Of a stretch of DNA of 64,000 bases, positions 34,650-43,993 are shown one piece after another; the first letter of the stretch is position 1, and every line of letters starts with the position of its first letter. The notes under the pieces are model-generated. The model saw only the letters and a program-made list of their open reading frames with translations. It searched no databases and was not told the DNA's origin. The position numbers and the translations under genes are program-made. Source of the stretch: a virus (Duplodnaviria > Caudoviricetes). Location: IMG/VR virus record IMGVR_UViG_3300005326_000040, positions 128,001 through 192,000 of that record; one strand, 5' to 3'.

Positions 34650-34841
34650 ATGAAAATGGCACCAGCTGATATCGCTCCTGTGCTCATTGTTCTTATTATT
34701 TGCGCTTCCTCCGTTACATGTCAAGCAATAAATACTGGAAAATATTGTAAGGCAGCATGTGACCCTAATCCGGTAGAACAATGCAGCACATTTTCTATCA
34801 AGTGCGCTCAAGCTGTAAAGCCAGAGATTAAGAAAGAATAA
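34650..34841 (+). CDS. Small Cys-rich secreted or membrane protein
   Basis: Signal-like N-terminus; several Cys. Confidence 0.5.
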   Translation: MKMAPADIAPVLIVLIICASSVTCQAINTGKYCKAACDPNPVEQCSTFSIKCAQAVKPEIKKE

Positions 34842-34912
34842 AAATCTACGGATTGATTTTTGACGATTTAAACTGCTCGGCTATAAGGTAATTTTTTGAT
34901 ATCCATTTTATC

Positions 34913-35308
34913 ATGGATATAAACAAGATTGCTGAAGCTATAGAAATTTTTGTAAAGTTTGCTGCTGAACCTAAAGATGATTCAGAGGAAGTTAAAAGAA
35001 TATATGAAAAGGATATGCCAGCAATTGAACGCTTGAAGATGTACATTAGAGAAGCTGAAGATTGGGTTAAGATTGGATATTTGCTTGGTGAAACTCAGAT
35101 GGAAGATGGTGACTTTGAGAGTTCTGCTTGGTTTGACATAATTGGCGCTTTTAAATATTTCCATGATAAAGAGTTGGCAAACTTCAAGGTTCCACAAGAG
35201 CACTGGGCAGAAGTAGTTCAAGGATATGCTAAAGCAAAAAACTATTCCAAAGAGGATTTAGAACTGGTGGTAAAGCAAACGAATGAATACATTAAGAAAC
35301 ATAAATAA
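34913..35308 (+). CDS. Hypothetical protein with MD..F.KFA N-terminus
   Basis: MDINKIAEAIEIFVKFAAE. Confidence 0.65.
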   Translation: MDINKIAEAIEIFVKFAAEPKDDSEEVKRIYEKDMPAIERLKMYIREAEDWVKIGYLLGETQMEDGDFESSAWFDIIGAFKYFHDKELANFKVPQEHWAEVVQGYAKAKNYSKEDLELVVKQTNEYIKKHK

Positions 35309-35330
35309 ATTCTTATCCAATTCATCGTTC

Positions 35331-35358
35331 TTGACAATCTGATTCCATCAAGTATACT
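35331..35358 (+). promoter_or_regulatory. Sigma70-like promoter, leaderless
   Basis: TTGACA-16-TATACT; ATG 35365 lies 6 nt downstream. Confidence 0.7.
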
Positions 35359-35364
35359 CTCCTC

Positions 35365-35622
35365 ATGGCAACGAAGATTACGTTGACGATTCCGGACGAC
35401 TTTACCCAGCTTGAACGTGGAATGATTCATTACCTTTTGAAGAATGCGTTGCGGCAATATCGTTCTGTTAGGATGCCTCCGGAACTTTTTGTCAGCAGAC
35501 AATATGGGTTGACAGCAAGCACAGACGACAAAATTGTTTTCTCTGCCAAGGTAGCTGAAACCCAAGGTGAGCTTTGTTTGGTGGAAAAGCTGCTAAAGGT
35601 TGACGTAGAGGTTGAGAAATGA
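35365..35622 (+). CDS. Hypothetical protein
   Basis: ORF; ATGA overlap with next gene. Confidence 0.6.
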   Translation: MATKITLTIPDDFTQLERGMIHYLLKNALRQYRSVRMPPELFVSRQYGLTASTDDKIVFSAKVAETQGELCLVEKLLKVDVEVEK

Positions 35623-35846
35623 CAAAGCTACAGATTGAAGCTAATTCAAGATTTGTTTCTGCCCGTTGGGATTATTTGTCGGCGAACGGTTGGGTGTTTG
35701 TGGAAACTGTAGCGGCTAACGCAGCTACTAGATGGTGGAAAGCTCCTGACCATTTGGTGAAAGATATGCAAAAAGAATTTCGAGAGGATGAAGCGGCGAG
35801 ACTGCAAGAATCTTGGGACAATGATCAACTAAAAGAAAAAGAATGA
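35619..35846 (+). CDS. Hypothetical protein
   Basis: ORF in string. Confidence 0.55.
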   Translation: MTKLQIEANSRFVSARWDYLSANGWVFVETVAANAATRWWKAPDHLVKDMQKEFREDEAARLQESWDNDQLKEKE

Positions 35847-35852
35847 AGTAAT

Positions 35853-35881
35853 TTGACATGGAATAAAAGCTGATATATAGT
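35853..35881 (+). promoter_or_regulatory. Sigma70-like promoter of tRNA-Ile
   Basis: TTGACA-17-TATAGT. Confidence 0.75.
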
Positions 35882-35890
35882 AGTCCATAT

Positions 35891-35963
35891 ACGCCGGTAG
35901 CTCAGTGGTAAGAGCAGAGTCCTTATAAGGCTTTGGTCGGTAGTTCAATCCTACCTCGGCGTA
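35891..35963 (+). tRNA. trnI-TAT: tRNA-Ile(UAU)
   Basis: ACGCCGG/TCGGCGT acceptor; GAGTC-CTTATAA-GGCTT anticodon arm; GGTAG-TTCAATC-CTACC T-arm. Confidence 0.85.
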
Positions 35964-36016
35964 CCTAGACGCACATTATACTACATCCTGACCGGTTATA
36001 ACTTCTTGAATAAGTT

Positions 36017-36220
36017 ATGAAAATCATCTTTGAAGATAACATTTCTGTATTCCAACGCCCGCCTATCGAGAAACAATTTAAAGATTGGGAAGAACTGAAA
36101 AAGCTTCTCAAGGAATATGGCGACTATAAGTACGCTTATACTGCCGTCATCTATGATGACAACAATAACGCTATTATTCCGTTAATCATATCTGACACCG
36201 CAGGTTGGACTGTCGGATAA
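36017..36220 (+). CDS. Hypothetical protein
   Basis: Short ORF in string. Confidence 0.5.
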   Translation: MKIIFEDNISVFQRPPIEKQFKDWEELKKLLKEYGDYKYAYTAVIYDDNNNAIIPLIISDTAGWTVG

Positions 36221-36254
36221 CAAACTAACTTTATTCGGGAAGTAGGGGAATCCT

Positions 36255-37253
36255 ATGCCTCGTATGCCTTATATTGATATTGAGATGCCGCACATTCCTC
36301 ATATTGATACTCGTGGCGTAGTGTTTCAAATGTTTCAAATGCCAGATTATAACGCTTTTGTAGAGCATCTTGCGCGTTTGGGCGGACAGCTTATTAACTC
36401 TGAACACGCCGAAGAAAATACGAGAACAACCATGTACGAAAACTACAAGAATACCGTTAGCGTTGAACTCTGGACCATGTTCGACAAGCTCATCTGTGAC
36501 TCTTTTCATCATATTCGCCATGAGATGCGTGTTAACGGTAACGATACGATCAACGCTGGCTTCCGTCGTAACAATCATCCTTACGCCTATGCGGTTGGAA
36601 TGATCGCCAGTCTTGCGAAACTCAGCGGTGTTACCGAAGATATCTCTGTGGTTCCTGACGGCAACCTGGGTAACATCTCCCAGAAGATGCGGGAATTGAT
36701 TATTCATTTTGAGGAGAAGGTTCTCAAGGAAGAAGGTTTCCGCAGTCACAATATGTGCGATCATTGCTTTACGAAGTACGGTTTGGACTCACGCCGCAAG
36801 CAGCTTCCTGTTGAATTCGTTTTGCTTGGTAGCCCGGACCTCAAGGATGTTCTTATCGAGAGTTCGGAGAAGGGTGGACCCAGCCCTCGTTCGCTTATCA
36901 TTGCTACTGGCCTTACGGACACAAGTGAGTTTGCGTTCTACAATGCTTCTTACGAGATGAGGGACCTTTCTATTCTGAATCTCAGCGAAGTCATTGATAC
37001 CTTTGATCCTGCTGCTGGCGAAAAGTTCAAGAATGAAATGATTGTTAAGTCGCGTGGCGGCTGCACTTGCGGTCATTGTCCTCCTTCGGTTCATTGGGTT
37101 GAAGGCGTGAAGGTTACTCCGGACGATATGGGTCAGACCATTCGGTTTGAAAAGAAGGATTCTGACATTCGAGTTGAGATCAGCGTGCGTGACTTCTTGT
37201 ACGCAGTGGACCCCAACTTCAAGAAGATTGTGGATGCGGCGAAGGAATCTTGA
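36255..37253 (+). CDS. Hypothetical protein
   Basis: 332-aa ORF with strong codon bias; N-terminal MP.MP.ID duplication. Confidence 0.75.
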   Translation: MPRMPYIDIEMPHIPHIDTRGVVFQMFQMPDYNAFVEHLARLGGQLINSEHAEENTRTTMYENYKNTVSVELWTMFDKLICDSFHHIRHEMRVNGNDTINAGFRRNNHPYAYAVGMIASLAKLSGVTEDISVVPDGNLGNISQKMRELIIHFEEKVLKEEGFRSHNMCDHCFTKYGLDSRRKQLPVEFVLLGSPDLKDVLIESSEKGGPSPRSLIIATGLTDTSEFAFYNASYEMRDLSILNLSEVIDTFDPAAGEKFKNEMIVKSRGGCTCGHCPPSVHWVEGVKVTPDDMGQTIRFEKKDSDIRVEISVRDFLYAVDPNFKKIVDAAKES

Positions 37254-37293
37254 TAGACACGCAACTGGAATAGACTTCCATAAAAGAGGTGCG

Positions 37294-38034
37294 ATGGGAA
37301 CCATTGTTATTGCTCATCGTATTTTCCCTGATTGGCCTATTGTAGTTGCGGCCAATCGTCATGAAAAATTCGGCAGACCATCAACAGGGTGGGAACATCA
37401 TCCTACCGAGGCTTATGTTTTTGCCCCTCGTGACCTTGTGCATAAGGGGACTTGGATTGGAATTAACAAAAAATATGGAACACTAGTTGCGATTACGAAC
37501 AATGCTATTCCAGAAATGAAAGGTAAGAAGTCTAGAGGGCAGCTGGCTTTGGGATGTCTTTCGCTGCCCTCTGTTGCTTCTATGCCTACCTTTGATGTTA
37601 CTTCTAAATTCAAAGCTAACTACAACGGTTTTCATCTCGTGCTGTTGGACCAGCAGTGCGGGATGATGACCGGCAATTACCGGCAAAATGTACTTACTGC
37701 TATTGCTCCGGACCCTGGTCTTCATGTGGTGACGGAGCGAGGTTTTACCAAAGGGCATTGTGGTCGCGCCAATGTTATTGAAAATGTATTTAGCGCAACC
37801 GTAAAAAATATTACCAATCCGCATGAGCATCCAGAAGCATTTGATCTTCTGTTGAATTTTCATGTGGACGGAAGTCCAAAAAACGATTGTTGTGTGCATG
37901 ATCATAACGAACCTCACAAAACAATTTCTTCTTCTCTAATCTTTATTGGCAAGCAAGGCGCTATTGTTTACGAACGTAACGGCTTTGCTTGCGTCAAACC
38001 ATTCAACAAGAAGCATGAAATAAAACTGGGATAA
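37294..38034 (+). CDS. NRDE/TANGO2 family protein
   Basis: IVVAANRHEKFGRPS, GTWIGIN, VAITN, SRGQL; GAGGT SD before ATG 37294. Confidence 0.8.
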   Translation: MGTIVIAHRIFPDWPIVVAANRHEKFGRPSTGWEHHPTEAYVFAPRDLVHKGTWIGINKKYGTLVAITNNAIPEMKGKKSRGQLALGCLSLPSVASMPTFDVTSKFKANYNGFHLVLLDQQCGMMTGNYRQNVLTAIAPDPGLHVVTERGFTKGHCGRANVIENVFSATVKNITNPHEHPEAFDLLLNFHVDGSPKNDCCVHDHNEPHKTISSSLIFIGKQGAIVYERNGFACVKPFNKKHEIKLG

Positions 38035-38036
38035 AT

Positions 38037-38255
38037 ATGGATTGGGATGAATGGTGTAAACAGTATCCGGCTGAGCCGCTGCTGCATAAGCCCACTGACG
38101 CGGAGCTTCCTATTGAAACTAACGGATATGAATGCCAAGTAGAAGCAGAGCATATAAAAGAAGGACTAGAAAGAGATTACAATATAGGTGGAATGATTGT
38201 TGGTGAATGGTCAGGCCGCTTCTATGTTGTTTGGCGCGACATTGTTTTACGATAA
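38037..38255 (+). CDS. Hypothetical protein
   Basis: Short ORF in string. Confidence 0.5.
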   Translation: MDWDEWCKQYPAEPLLHKPTDAELPIETNGYECQVEAEHIKEGLERDYNIGGMIVGEWSGRFYVVWRDIVLR

Positions 38256-38258
38256 TGT

Positions 38259-38714
38259 TTGTTTTTCAGATGCAGGAGTTTTATCATGGTTGACCCAACC
38301 ACCCCTCCGCCTCCAAGCAAAGGGCTTTACGTAACTATTTTGGTTGGCTTACCGGGTTCCGGGAAGATGCTCTATGCATCCAACATTACAATCGAAGGTT
38401 TCCCTAGAATCTATATGGATAACATTAGGGACGATGAGATATTCCTCCAAACCATGCATGATGGTTATTCGATTATTATTGCTGACCCTGTTCTTTGTTT
38501 GACTAGCGCCAGGAATATTACCTATCGGAACATAAAAGCCAAGGGGTATTTGTGTTCCTGGAATTATTTCGATAACAATTTGGAGCGATGCTGGGCAAAC
38601 ATCGTAAAACGAAAAGAAGAAAAAAAGTATCCGTATAAGCTACTGAAATGGCTTTCTTCTCAGTATAAAATCCCGACCGATACATCGATGGTTAGAAGCG
38701 TATACATTGCATAA
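38259..38714 (+). CDS. P-loop kinase-like protein
   Basis: ILVGLPGSGK; C..NIVKR lid-like segment; start uncertain. Confidence 0.65.
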   Translation: MFFRCRSFIMVDPTTPPPPSKGLYVTILVGLPGSGKMLYASNITIEGFPRIYMDNIRDDEIFLQTMHDGYSIIIADPVLCLTSARNITYRNIKAKGYLCSWNYFDNNLERCWANIVKRKEEKKYPYKLLKWLSSQYKIPTDTSMVRSVYIA

Positions 38715-38721
38715 AGGCTAA

Positions 38722-39390
38722 ATGAAAATCGTAATAAAAATTCCAACCAAGAATAGAGTGAACTTATTTTTCCCTTTGTTGGATTCTTATTATGCTTTGC
38801 TTTCCAACAAGCACGATGTGCAGTTTATTATTAACTGTGATCAAAATGATTTCTCGATGCGAAGTATGTTGACGGTTGAAAGACTGAAAACATATAAGAA
38901 TCTAACATATTGTTTTGCTCCAAACAAAACAAAAATTGAAGCTATCAATGCGAATTTAGATAAGCTTCCAGAAGACTTCGATGTTTTAGTTTTGTCTTCT
39001 GATGATATGACCCCTATAAAGCAGGGGTATGACGATGTGATTGCTCAAACCATGCTTGAGAATTTTCCGGATACGGACGGAGCCTTATGGTTCAATGACG
39101 GAACGCAAAGCAACGGTTTGAATACCCTTCCAATTATGGGTAAAAAGTATTTTCAAAGGTTCGGGTATATCTACCACCCAAGCTACAAATCTTTTTATGC
39201 TGACAATGAGTATACTCAGGTCGGCAAAAGCTTGGGGAAATTGCACTATGTGGATTCTGTTATTATCCGGCACGACCATTGTACAACAACAAAAGCTCGT
39301 TTACGGGATGAGCTTTATTGGGAAAATGAAAAATACTGGTATCAGGACGCTGACACTTTCCGTGAACGGGAAGCTAAGAATTTTGGATGA
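38722..39390 (+). CDS. Glycosyltransferase family 2 (GT-A fold)
   Basis: KIPTKNR, INCD, LSSDDM (DxD-like), ADNE, IRHDH. Confidence 0.85.
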   Translation: MKIVIKIPTKNRVNLFFPLLDSYYALLSNKHDVQFIINCDQNDFSMRSMLTVERLKTYKNLTYCFAPNKTKIEAINANLDKLPEDFDVLVLSSDDMTPIKQGYDDVIAQTMLENFPDTDGALWFNDGTQSNGLNTLPIMGKKYFQRFGYIYHPSYKSFYADNEYTQVGKSLGKLHYVDSVIIRHDHCTTTKARLRDELYWENEKYWYQDADTFREREAKNFG

Positions 39391-39842
39391 AAACGCACAC
39401 TCAAAATAAACACACGCGTGTTGTTCAATGTAATCCAAGTCAATTTGGAAATACAACTGCCGCAAAAAGGTTTGTTGAAATCCTACTAGAAATTGGAAAT
39501 CCTATTTTGATTAGGAACGTGAATACTTTTTATCACAAAGTCAATATTGAATTTGGATATATTTTTGACGCGCTCAAAATTAAATTTCCTAAAGGAATGC
39601 TTGCTGTAAAAATGAATCCTGACCATAGCGGATACAGAGAAAAGATTCTGTATATGGTCAAGAAAGAAAAACTGCAAGCAATCGATCGAGAACCAAATTG
39701 GCCTGACATTGTGAAATCATTTATGAAAAACATAGTCGATACTAATTTCAAGAAACGCATAAAGGAAATGGACAAACCTGATAATCTAGATGTAGAGCAT
39801 CTAAAGTATCAGTTTGAAACCCATCATAACCAGAAAGCTTAG
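39387..39842 (+). CDS. Hypothetical protein
   Basis: ORF; ATGA overlap. Confidence 0.55.
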   Translation: MKTHTQNKHTRVVQCNPSQFGNTTAAKRFVEILLEIGNPILIRNVNTFYHKVNIEFGYIFDALKIKFPKGMLAVKMNPDHSGYREKILYMVKKEKLQAIDREPNWPDIVKSFMKNIVDTNFKKRIKEMDKPDNLDVEHLKYQFETHHNQKA

Positions 39843-39847
39843 TAACA

Positions 39848-40309
39848 ATGTATCGGCGGCAAGATCCTGAAATATGGATCTCGAAAGATAATCTAGTCGA
39901 TAGAAAACTCTATCGAGTAATGGCTAGGAATTTTTCTATTGCTGTTTGTCGCAAAGACAGTTGGGGATTTATTGGACGGCGGGAGAAGTTTGGCAAAGTA
40001 TTTCCATTTGAAGAATACCATTGGGATAACAAATACTTTGCTACTGTAAAACCGCTAGAAGAACTACCGGAAACATTACCTGAAAACATCTTAAATGAGG
40101 AGTATATTTGCCGCTGCAAGAATTGTAATGTTATCTTGGTGCCAAAACGCGGTGATATCATGTCAGATCATACACGCGTTCACGCAGAAGATACATCTTG
40201 TTCTAAGCCCGAATGCGAAAAATCCATTCTAAATCTAGCGCTTCTTGATTGGCTGACCGACATGGAAGAGAAGTATTCAACGGCAACAATTGACAGTTGG
40301 AAAGACTAA
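39848..40309 (+). CDS. Hypothetical protein
   Basis: FIGRREKFG..EYHWD motif; CKNC. Confidence 0.65.
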   Translation: MYRRQDPEIWISKDNLVDRKLYRVMARNFSIAVCRKDSWGFIGRREKFGKVFPFEEYHWDNKYFATVKPLEELPETLPENILNEEYICRCKNCNVILVPKRGDIMSDHTRVHAEDTSCSKPECEKSILNLALLDWLTDMEEKYSTATIDSWKD

Positions 40310-40317
40310 GGTTTATC

Positions 40318-40782
40318 ATGGGCTCTAGTAATCGATGGCTTGTTGATGTTAATGTGACTGACCAAGATACGGTCAATAAGATTATTGAAAAGGGCAGACA
40401 AATTGACAAAGGAAACGAACATTGGGATTCATATGTGTTCCGCAAGTGGTGCGAATCCACCAAATGGGACCCAACAGATTTGCTGGTGTTGATTTCAAAA
40501 GAATTTCCAACTGTAATTTTCTCCGCCAACTATCGAGGAGATTATGGTTCTGGAAAGATTTTCATTTTCAACGGAGAACAGATTGAGGAATATGAAGTTT
40601 GGGCTCATCCTTCGTTTCCCACCACTGTTAAGCTCAAAGTCGCGTTGAAGAACAAGAAGGTAAGAGATAAGATTCAACGTGAGCGAAATGAAAAGAGGGC
40701 GGCGGAAGAGCGCGAAGCGAGCCGACGACGGGAAATTGAAGCAACTGAAAAGAAACTTCGCGAACTGAAAAGGGTAAAATGA
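40318..40782 (+). CDS. Hypothetical protein
   Basis: KW...LISKEFPTVIF..RG pattern; coiled-coil tail. Confidence 0.65.
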   Translation: MGSSNRWLVDVNVTDQDTVNKIIEKGRQIDKGNEHWDSYVFRKWCESTKWDPTDLLVLISKEFPTVIFSANYRGDYGSGKIFIFNGEQIEEYEVWAHPSFPTTVKLKVALKNKKVRDKIQRERNEKRAAEEREASRRREIEATEKKLRELKRVK

Positions 40783-41066
40783 AAGCAGACCCTTTTCTGC
40801 TTTTTATTCTTTTAGGTATCTGTGCGGCGTCTGTATACATTGGATACGCTATAGACCCTTTTCGTAAAGAGATTCAAGAACAGCCAAGCGTTAGCTACCA
40901 AGAATTTCGTGCTTTGCAACAACAAGTGGCTGATAATAAAGCGGAATTTTTTGCCTTTCAAAATTTTGCTGTTGAAACATTATTGGTTCATTGGGGCAAA
41001 CAAGAAGTAACTACAGATTATATGCATCAATGTAAGTGTCAAAGCACATCGGTTGAGGTCAAATAA
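40779..41066 (+). CDS. Membrane-anchored hypothetical protein
   Basis: N-terminal TM helix. Confidence 0.55.
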   Translation: MKADPFLLFILLGICAASVYIGYAIDPFRKEIQEQPSVSYQEFRALQQQVADNKAEFFAFQNFAVETLLVHWGKQEVTTDYMHQCKCQSTSVEVK

Positions 41067-41077
41067 ATGTAAAAAGG

Positions 41078-42190
41078 ATGGTTCTAATGGATGGCTCATT
41101 GTCCCAAAAAAAGTTACCAACGTATATTTTCGGAATATATCGCAATGGAATTGGGGAAGAAGCAGTTTTTCTTTTCCGAAAAAAGAGTAAACCAACTGAT
41201 GAGCTTCTGCGTGTTTTGGAAACCGCTCTTGCGGTGAATGAATATACTGGCAGGCCAGAAGAAGCTCAAAAGCAAATGAACGCTTTGGCAGCTGCGCACA
41301 ACTGCAAATCGAGAGCTATCGTATGTCATAGCGACGTTGCTCCTGAGCCGATTTCTGTTCCGCAGAGAACGTCTATTGTTCTTCCTTATGTTCCACCAGC
41401 AACTGACCTTCAGCCTGGAGATGTAATCGTCCACTCAGACGGAGAAGGTCATCATCTTGGTGTATACCTAGGGCAAGTTGAAACAAAGGGCTGCGTTCTA
41501 TTTTGCACTTCTAGTAATGAATGGAATCCTAAAGCCAGGAAGGTTACAAGAGACGAATTAATTTTACTTGGAAAACCAGACGGAGCAATCAGTCGAGGAA
41601 CATATTTTGCCCCTGTGATGAGACCTCTTAGAGATTTGTTTAGGAAAGGTTATAGCTTTCCAGAGCACAGGGTAATTGATTTGATGAAAGAATTTTTTCC
41701 AAGTTTGAAATGTTCACCAAGAGCAAACTCAAATCTGCTTGCGCCTATTCCTTTTGAAATTAAGTTTGTTAAGTTTGATAAGCCGCCTGAACATAAGATA
41801 ATTCCAAAGCCTGAGAGTTCTTTTGTTCAGGGCGATATTGTTTTTTACGGAAGGAAAAACGGTGTAAAACGTTTGAGTATTTTCTTGGATAAGTTCAAGC
41901 ACGCCAATCCAAATGAAACAGGCGCAGAAAAAGCTTACATAGCAACATGTGTTAATACCTCGAAGGAACTTGACGACCCAAGATGGAGGAAATTAACACA
42001 AGCTGAACTTGAATGGTTGCATCTTATCGACAGTGACATTACAGAAGATACAATCATTTGTCCCGCTGTAAAGAAAACTAGCTTTCTGACGGGAACAGGA
42101 TATAGCTTTGTTCGCGAAGAAGCTAGTAAGTTATTTGTAGAATTCTTTCCAGAGATAGTAGATAAATTATCCAAGGAAAACAACCAATGA
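41078..42190 (+). CDS. Protein with internally duplicated, possibly PemK/MazF-like domain
   Basis: Two GD(V/I)...L.(V/I)(Y/F)L...R..T..EL...T...P...GYSF...EFFP units. Confidence 0.65.
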   Translation: MVLMDGSLSQKKLPTYIFGIYRNGIGEEAVFLFRKKSKPTDELLRVLETALAVNEYTGRPEEAQKQMNALAAAHNCKSRAIVCHSDVAPEPISVPQRTSIVLPYVPPATDLQPGDVIVHSDGEGHHLGVYLGQVETKGCVLFCTSSNEWNPKARKVTRDELILLGKPDGAISRGTYFAPVMRPLRDLFRKGYSFPEHRVIDLMKEFFPSLKCSPRANSNLLAPIPFEIKFVKFDKPPEHKIIPKPESSFVQGDIVFYGRKNGVKRLSIFLDKFKHANPNETGAEKAYIATCVNTSKELDDPRWRKLTQAELEWLHLIDSDITEDTIICPAVKKTSFLTGTGYSFVREEASKLFVEFFPEIVDKLSKENNQ

Positions 42191-42732
42191 CCATTTGGTT
42201 TAGTTCTGACCATCATTTGTTTCATTCAGCGGTGATTAAATATTGCGACCGTCCATTTTCCTGCGCCCAGGAGATGTATGATATTCTGCTAGAGAATCAT
42301 AACACGCTCGTAAAACCAACAGATCAAGTATATTTCTTAGGTGATTTTGCTTTCAACTTACGTGATGATTCTCTTGAGAAAGCGTTTCGAGCATTCCATG
42401 GTAACAAACACTTTATCTTGGGAAATCACGACAAGAAAAAGCAAATAGAAAAGATAGCGAAACGCGGGGCAATCAATTGGGTAAAGGAAGTATACGGGCT
42501 AAAGGTAGATAAACACTATCTTTGGCTGAGTCATTATCCACATAGAAGCTGGAACAAATCATCTCATGGTTCGTTTCATCTTTTTGGACATTCTCACGGC
42601 GGCTTTGAAGATTATGGTTTATCTACTGACGTAGGTGTGGATGCGTGGAATTATCGCCCTGTTTCTTTTGAAATGATTCTTGAGCGATTCAAAAACAAAC
42701 AACCATTAAAGGTTATGCATGCCCAAAACTAG
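42187..42732 (+). CDS. Calcineurin-like phosphoesterase (phage type)
   Basis: SDHH, LGDF, GNHD, HYP, GHSHG, DVGVDAW. Confidence 0.9.
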   Translation: MTIWFSSDHHLFHSAVIKYCDRPFSCAQEMYDILLENHNTLVKPTDQVYFLGDFAFNLRDDSLEKAFRAFHGNKHFILGNHDKKKQIEKIAKRGAINWVKEVYGLKVDKHYLWLSHYPHRSWNKSSHGSFHLFGHSHGGFEDYGLSTDVGVDAWNYRPVSFEMILERFKNKQPLKVMHAQN

Positions 42733-43063
42733 AGTTGTTATATGCATTCCTGAAAAACCTCCGAAAGTTGATGATGTTACTTTAACGACAACCAATGTTA
42801 AATTGATACTAGGCACTCAGAGATATGTGTCTTACCATCGTGCGCAAGTAATTTTGGGTTTCAAATCTATATTTGGGATTTATGGCAATGATTGGATTAT
42901 TAATGTTGACCCACCGCCCGCAAACTATAAGGATTTCTTGCTTGGCGTTAAAGGCCCGTTTATTATTACGGAATTAAATTTCAACAACCTACGATGCTAT
43001 CAAATTACACAAATCTTTAATCGTTTTGAAGAATGGGATAAGATAGTAAAAAGCAGGTCTTAG
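42719..43063 (+). CDS. DUF3846-like paralog 5
   Basis: RVVICIPEKPPKV; GPFII...NLRCYQITQIF. Confidence 0.55.
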   Translation: MPKTRVVICIPEKPPKVDDVTLTTTNVKLILGTQRYVSYHRAQVILGFKSIFGIYGNDWIINVDPPPANYKDFLLGVKGPFIITELNFNNLRCYQITQIFNRFEEWDKIVKSRS

Positions 43064-43450
43064 ATGAGTAGAGTAGCATATGGACGGGTTCGGGTAGTTT
43101 CATGTAAACCAAATGAGCCACCAAAGGTAATCGATATCAAAAATAGCTCAAAAAGAATGCAAGAACATTTGCTAGGACAGTATGTCTTTTTACCGAGAGG
43201 AAGACTTTTTATAAACAGAAGCATTTGTATTATCTGCAACCATCGAGAAAATCGTTATGAAATAGATGGGCGCGAATGGCCACCTGGGCACAGAAACAAT
43301 AACGTGTTCAATTCTAACGGCATAATTATCATCTGTAAAGTGATTGACGGTATGTTTACCTCATTAACGTGCAACGAAATTCAAGATGTTTTTACCGTAA
43401 TTGAAAAAAATAAAACCGAAACCAAGACAATTACGGTTGAAGCGGTTTGA
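43064..43450 (+). CDS. DUF3846-like paralog 6
   Basis: RVVSCKPNEPPKVIDI; GIIII...SLTCNEIQDVF. Confidence 0.6.
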   Translation: MSRVAYGRVRVVSCKPNEPPKVIDIKNSSKRMQEHLLGQYVFLPRGRLFINRSICIICNHRENRYEIDGREWPPGHRNNNVFNSNGIIIICKVIDGMFTSLTCNEIQDVFTVIEKNKTETKTITVEAV

Positions 43451-43475
43451 CAAAGAAACCGAGGCGAGCTATCAT
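43447..43475 (+). promoter_or_regulatory. Sigma70-like promoter
   Basis: TTGACA-17-TATCAT. Confidence 0.6.
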
Positions 43476-43663
43476 CGGTTTCGTAAGGCTTTGCATACGT
43501 TGTCGTACATTGTGTCTACTTCTAGAACGCTTGTTTCGAGTTTGGATACAGAAAGGTGATACGCAATAACTCCCATGATTTCGCGTTCCCATATTTGGGA
43601 ATGATGTTTCAGTTCTTCAATAGCTTTGCGTTCTATTTCAGCAAGTTTTTCATTGCGGTCCAT
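43472..43663 (-). CDS. Small helical hypothetical protein
   Basis: MDRNEKLAEIERK start; no + strand ORF here. Confidence 0.45.
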   Translation of the reverse strand: MDRNEKLAEIERKAIEELKHHSQIWEREIMGVIAYHLSVSKLETSVLEVDTMYDNVCKALRNR

Positions 43664-43693
43664 ACATAAATACAAAACTAGAAATAGAAAAAC

Positions 43694-43993
43694 ATGAATC
43701 CACAAATGCTTCTCACTGGTCATAAAATAACTTCCTCTGCCCGCGAGTTATGGATTGAACAAGATTTTGTTGGGGCCATTGAATTTCTAAATGGATGCGT
43801 AGAAATGTCCGAGCGCGCAGCGATTGAAGTTTGTATCGGGCGTTCGAAACTAGAAGGCAACTCGTATTCCGGATATAAACTTGTCGCCGATTATAGTAAC
43901 AATTGGTGTGGTGTGAAGTTGCTTGGGATTGTGGAAGCGTTTCGTTCAGCCACAGCAAGCGTTACTTGGATGGGGTCAGCCAGTCACGATTAA
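43694..43993 (+). CDS. Hypothetical protein paralogous to the N-terminal domain of 10252
   Basis: RELW.E...A...E..AIE...G..K..G...Y.LV.D.S shared. Confidence 0.55.
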   Translation: MNPQMLLTGHKITSSARELWIEQDFVGAIEFLNGCVEMSERAAIEVCIGRSKLEGNSYSGYKLVADYSNNWCGVKLLGIVEAFRSATASVTWMGSASHD

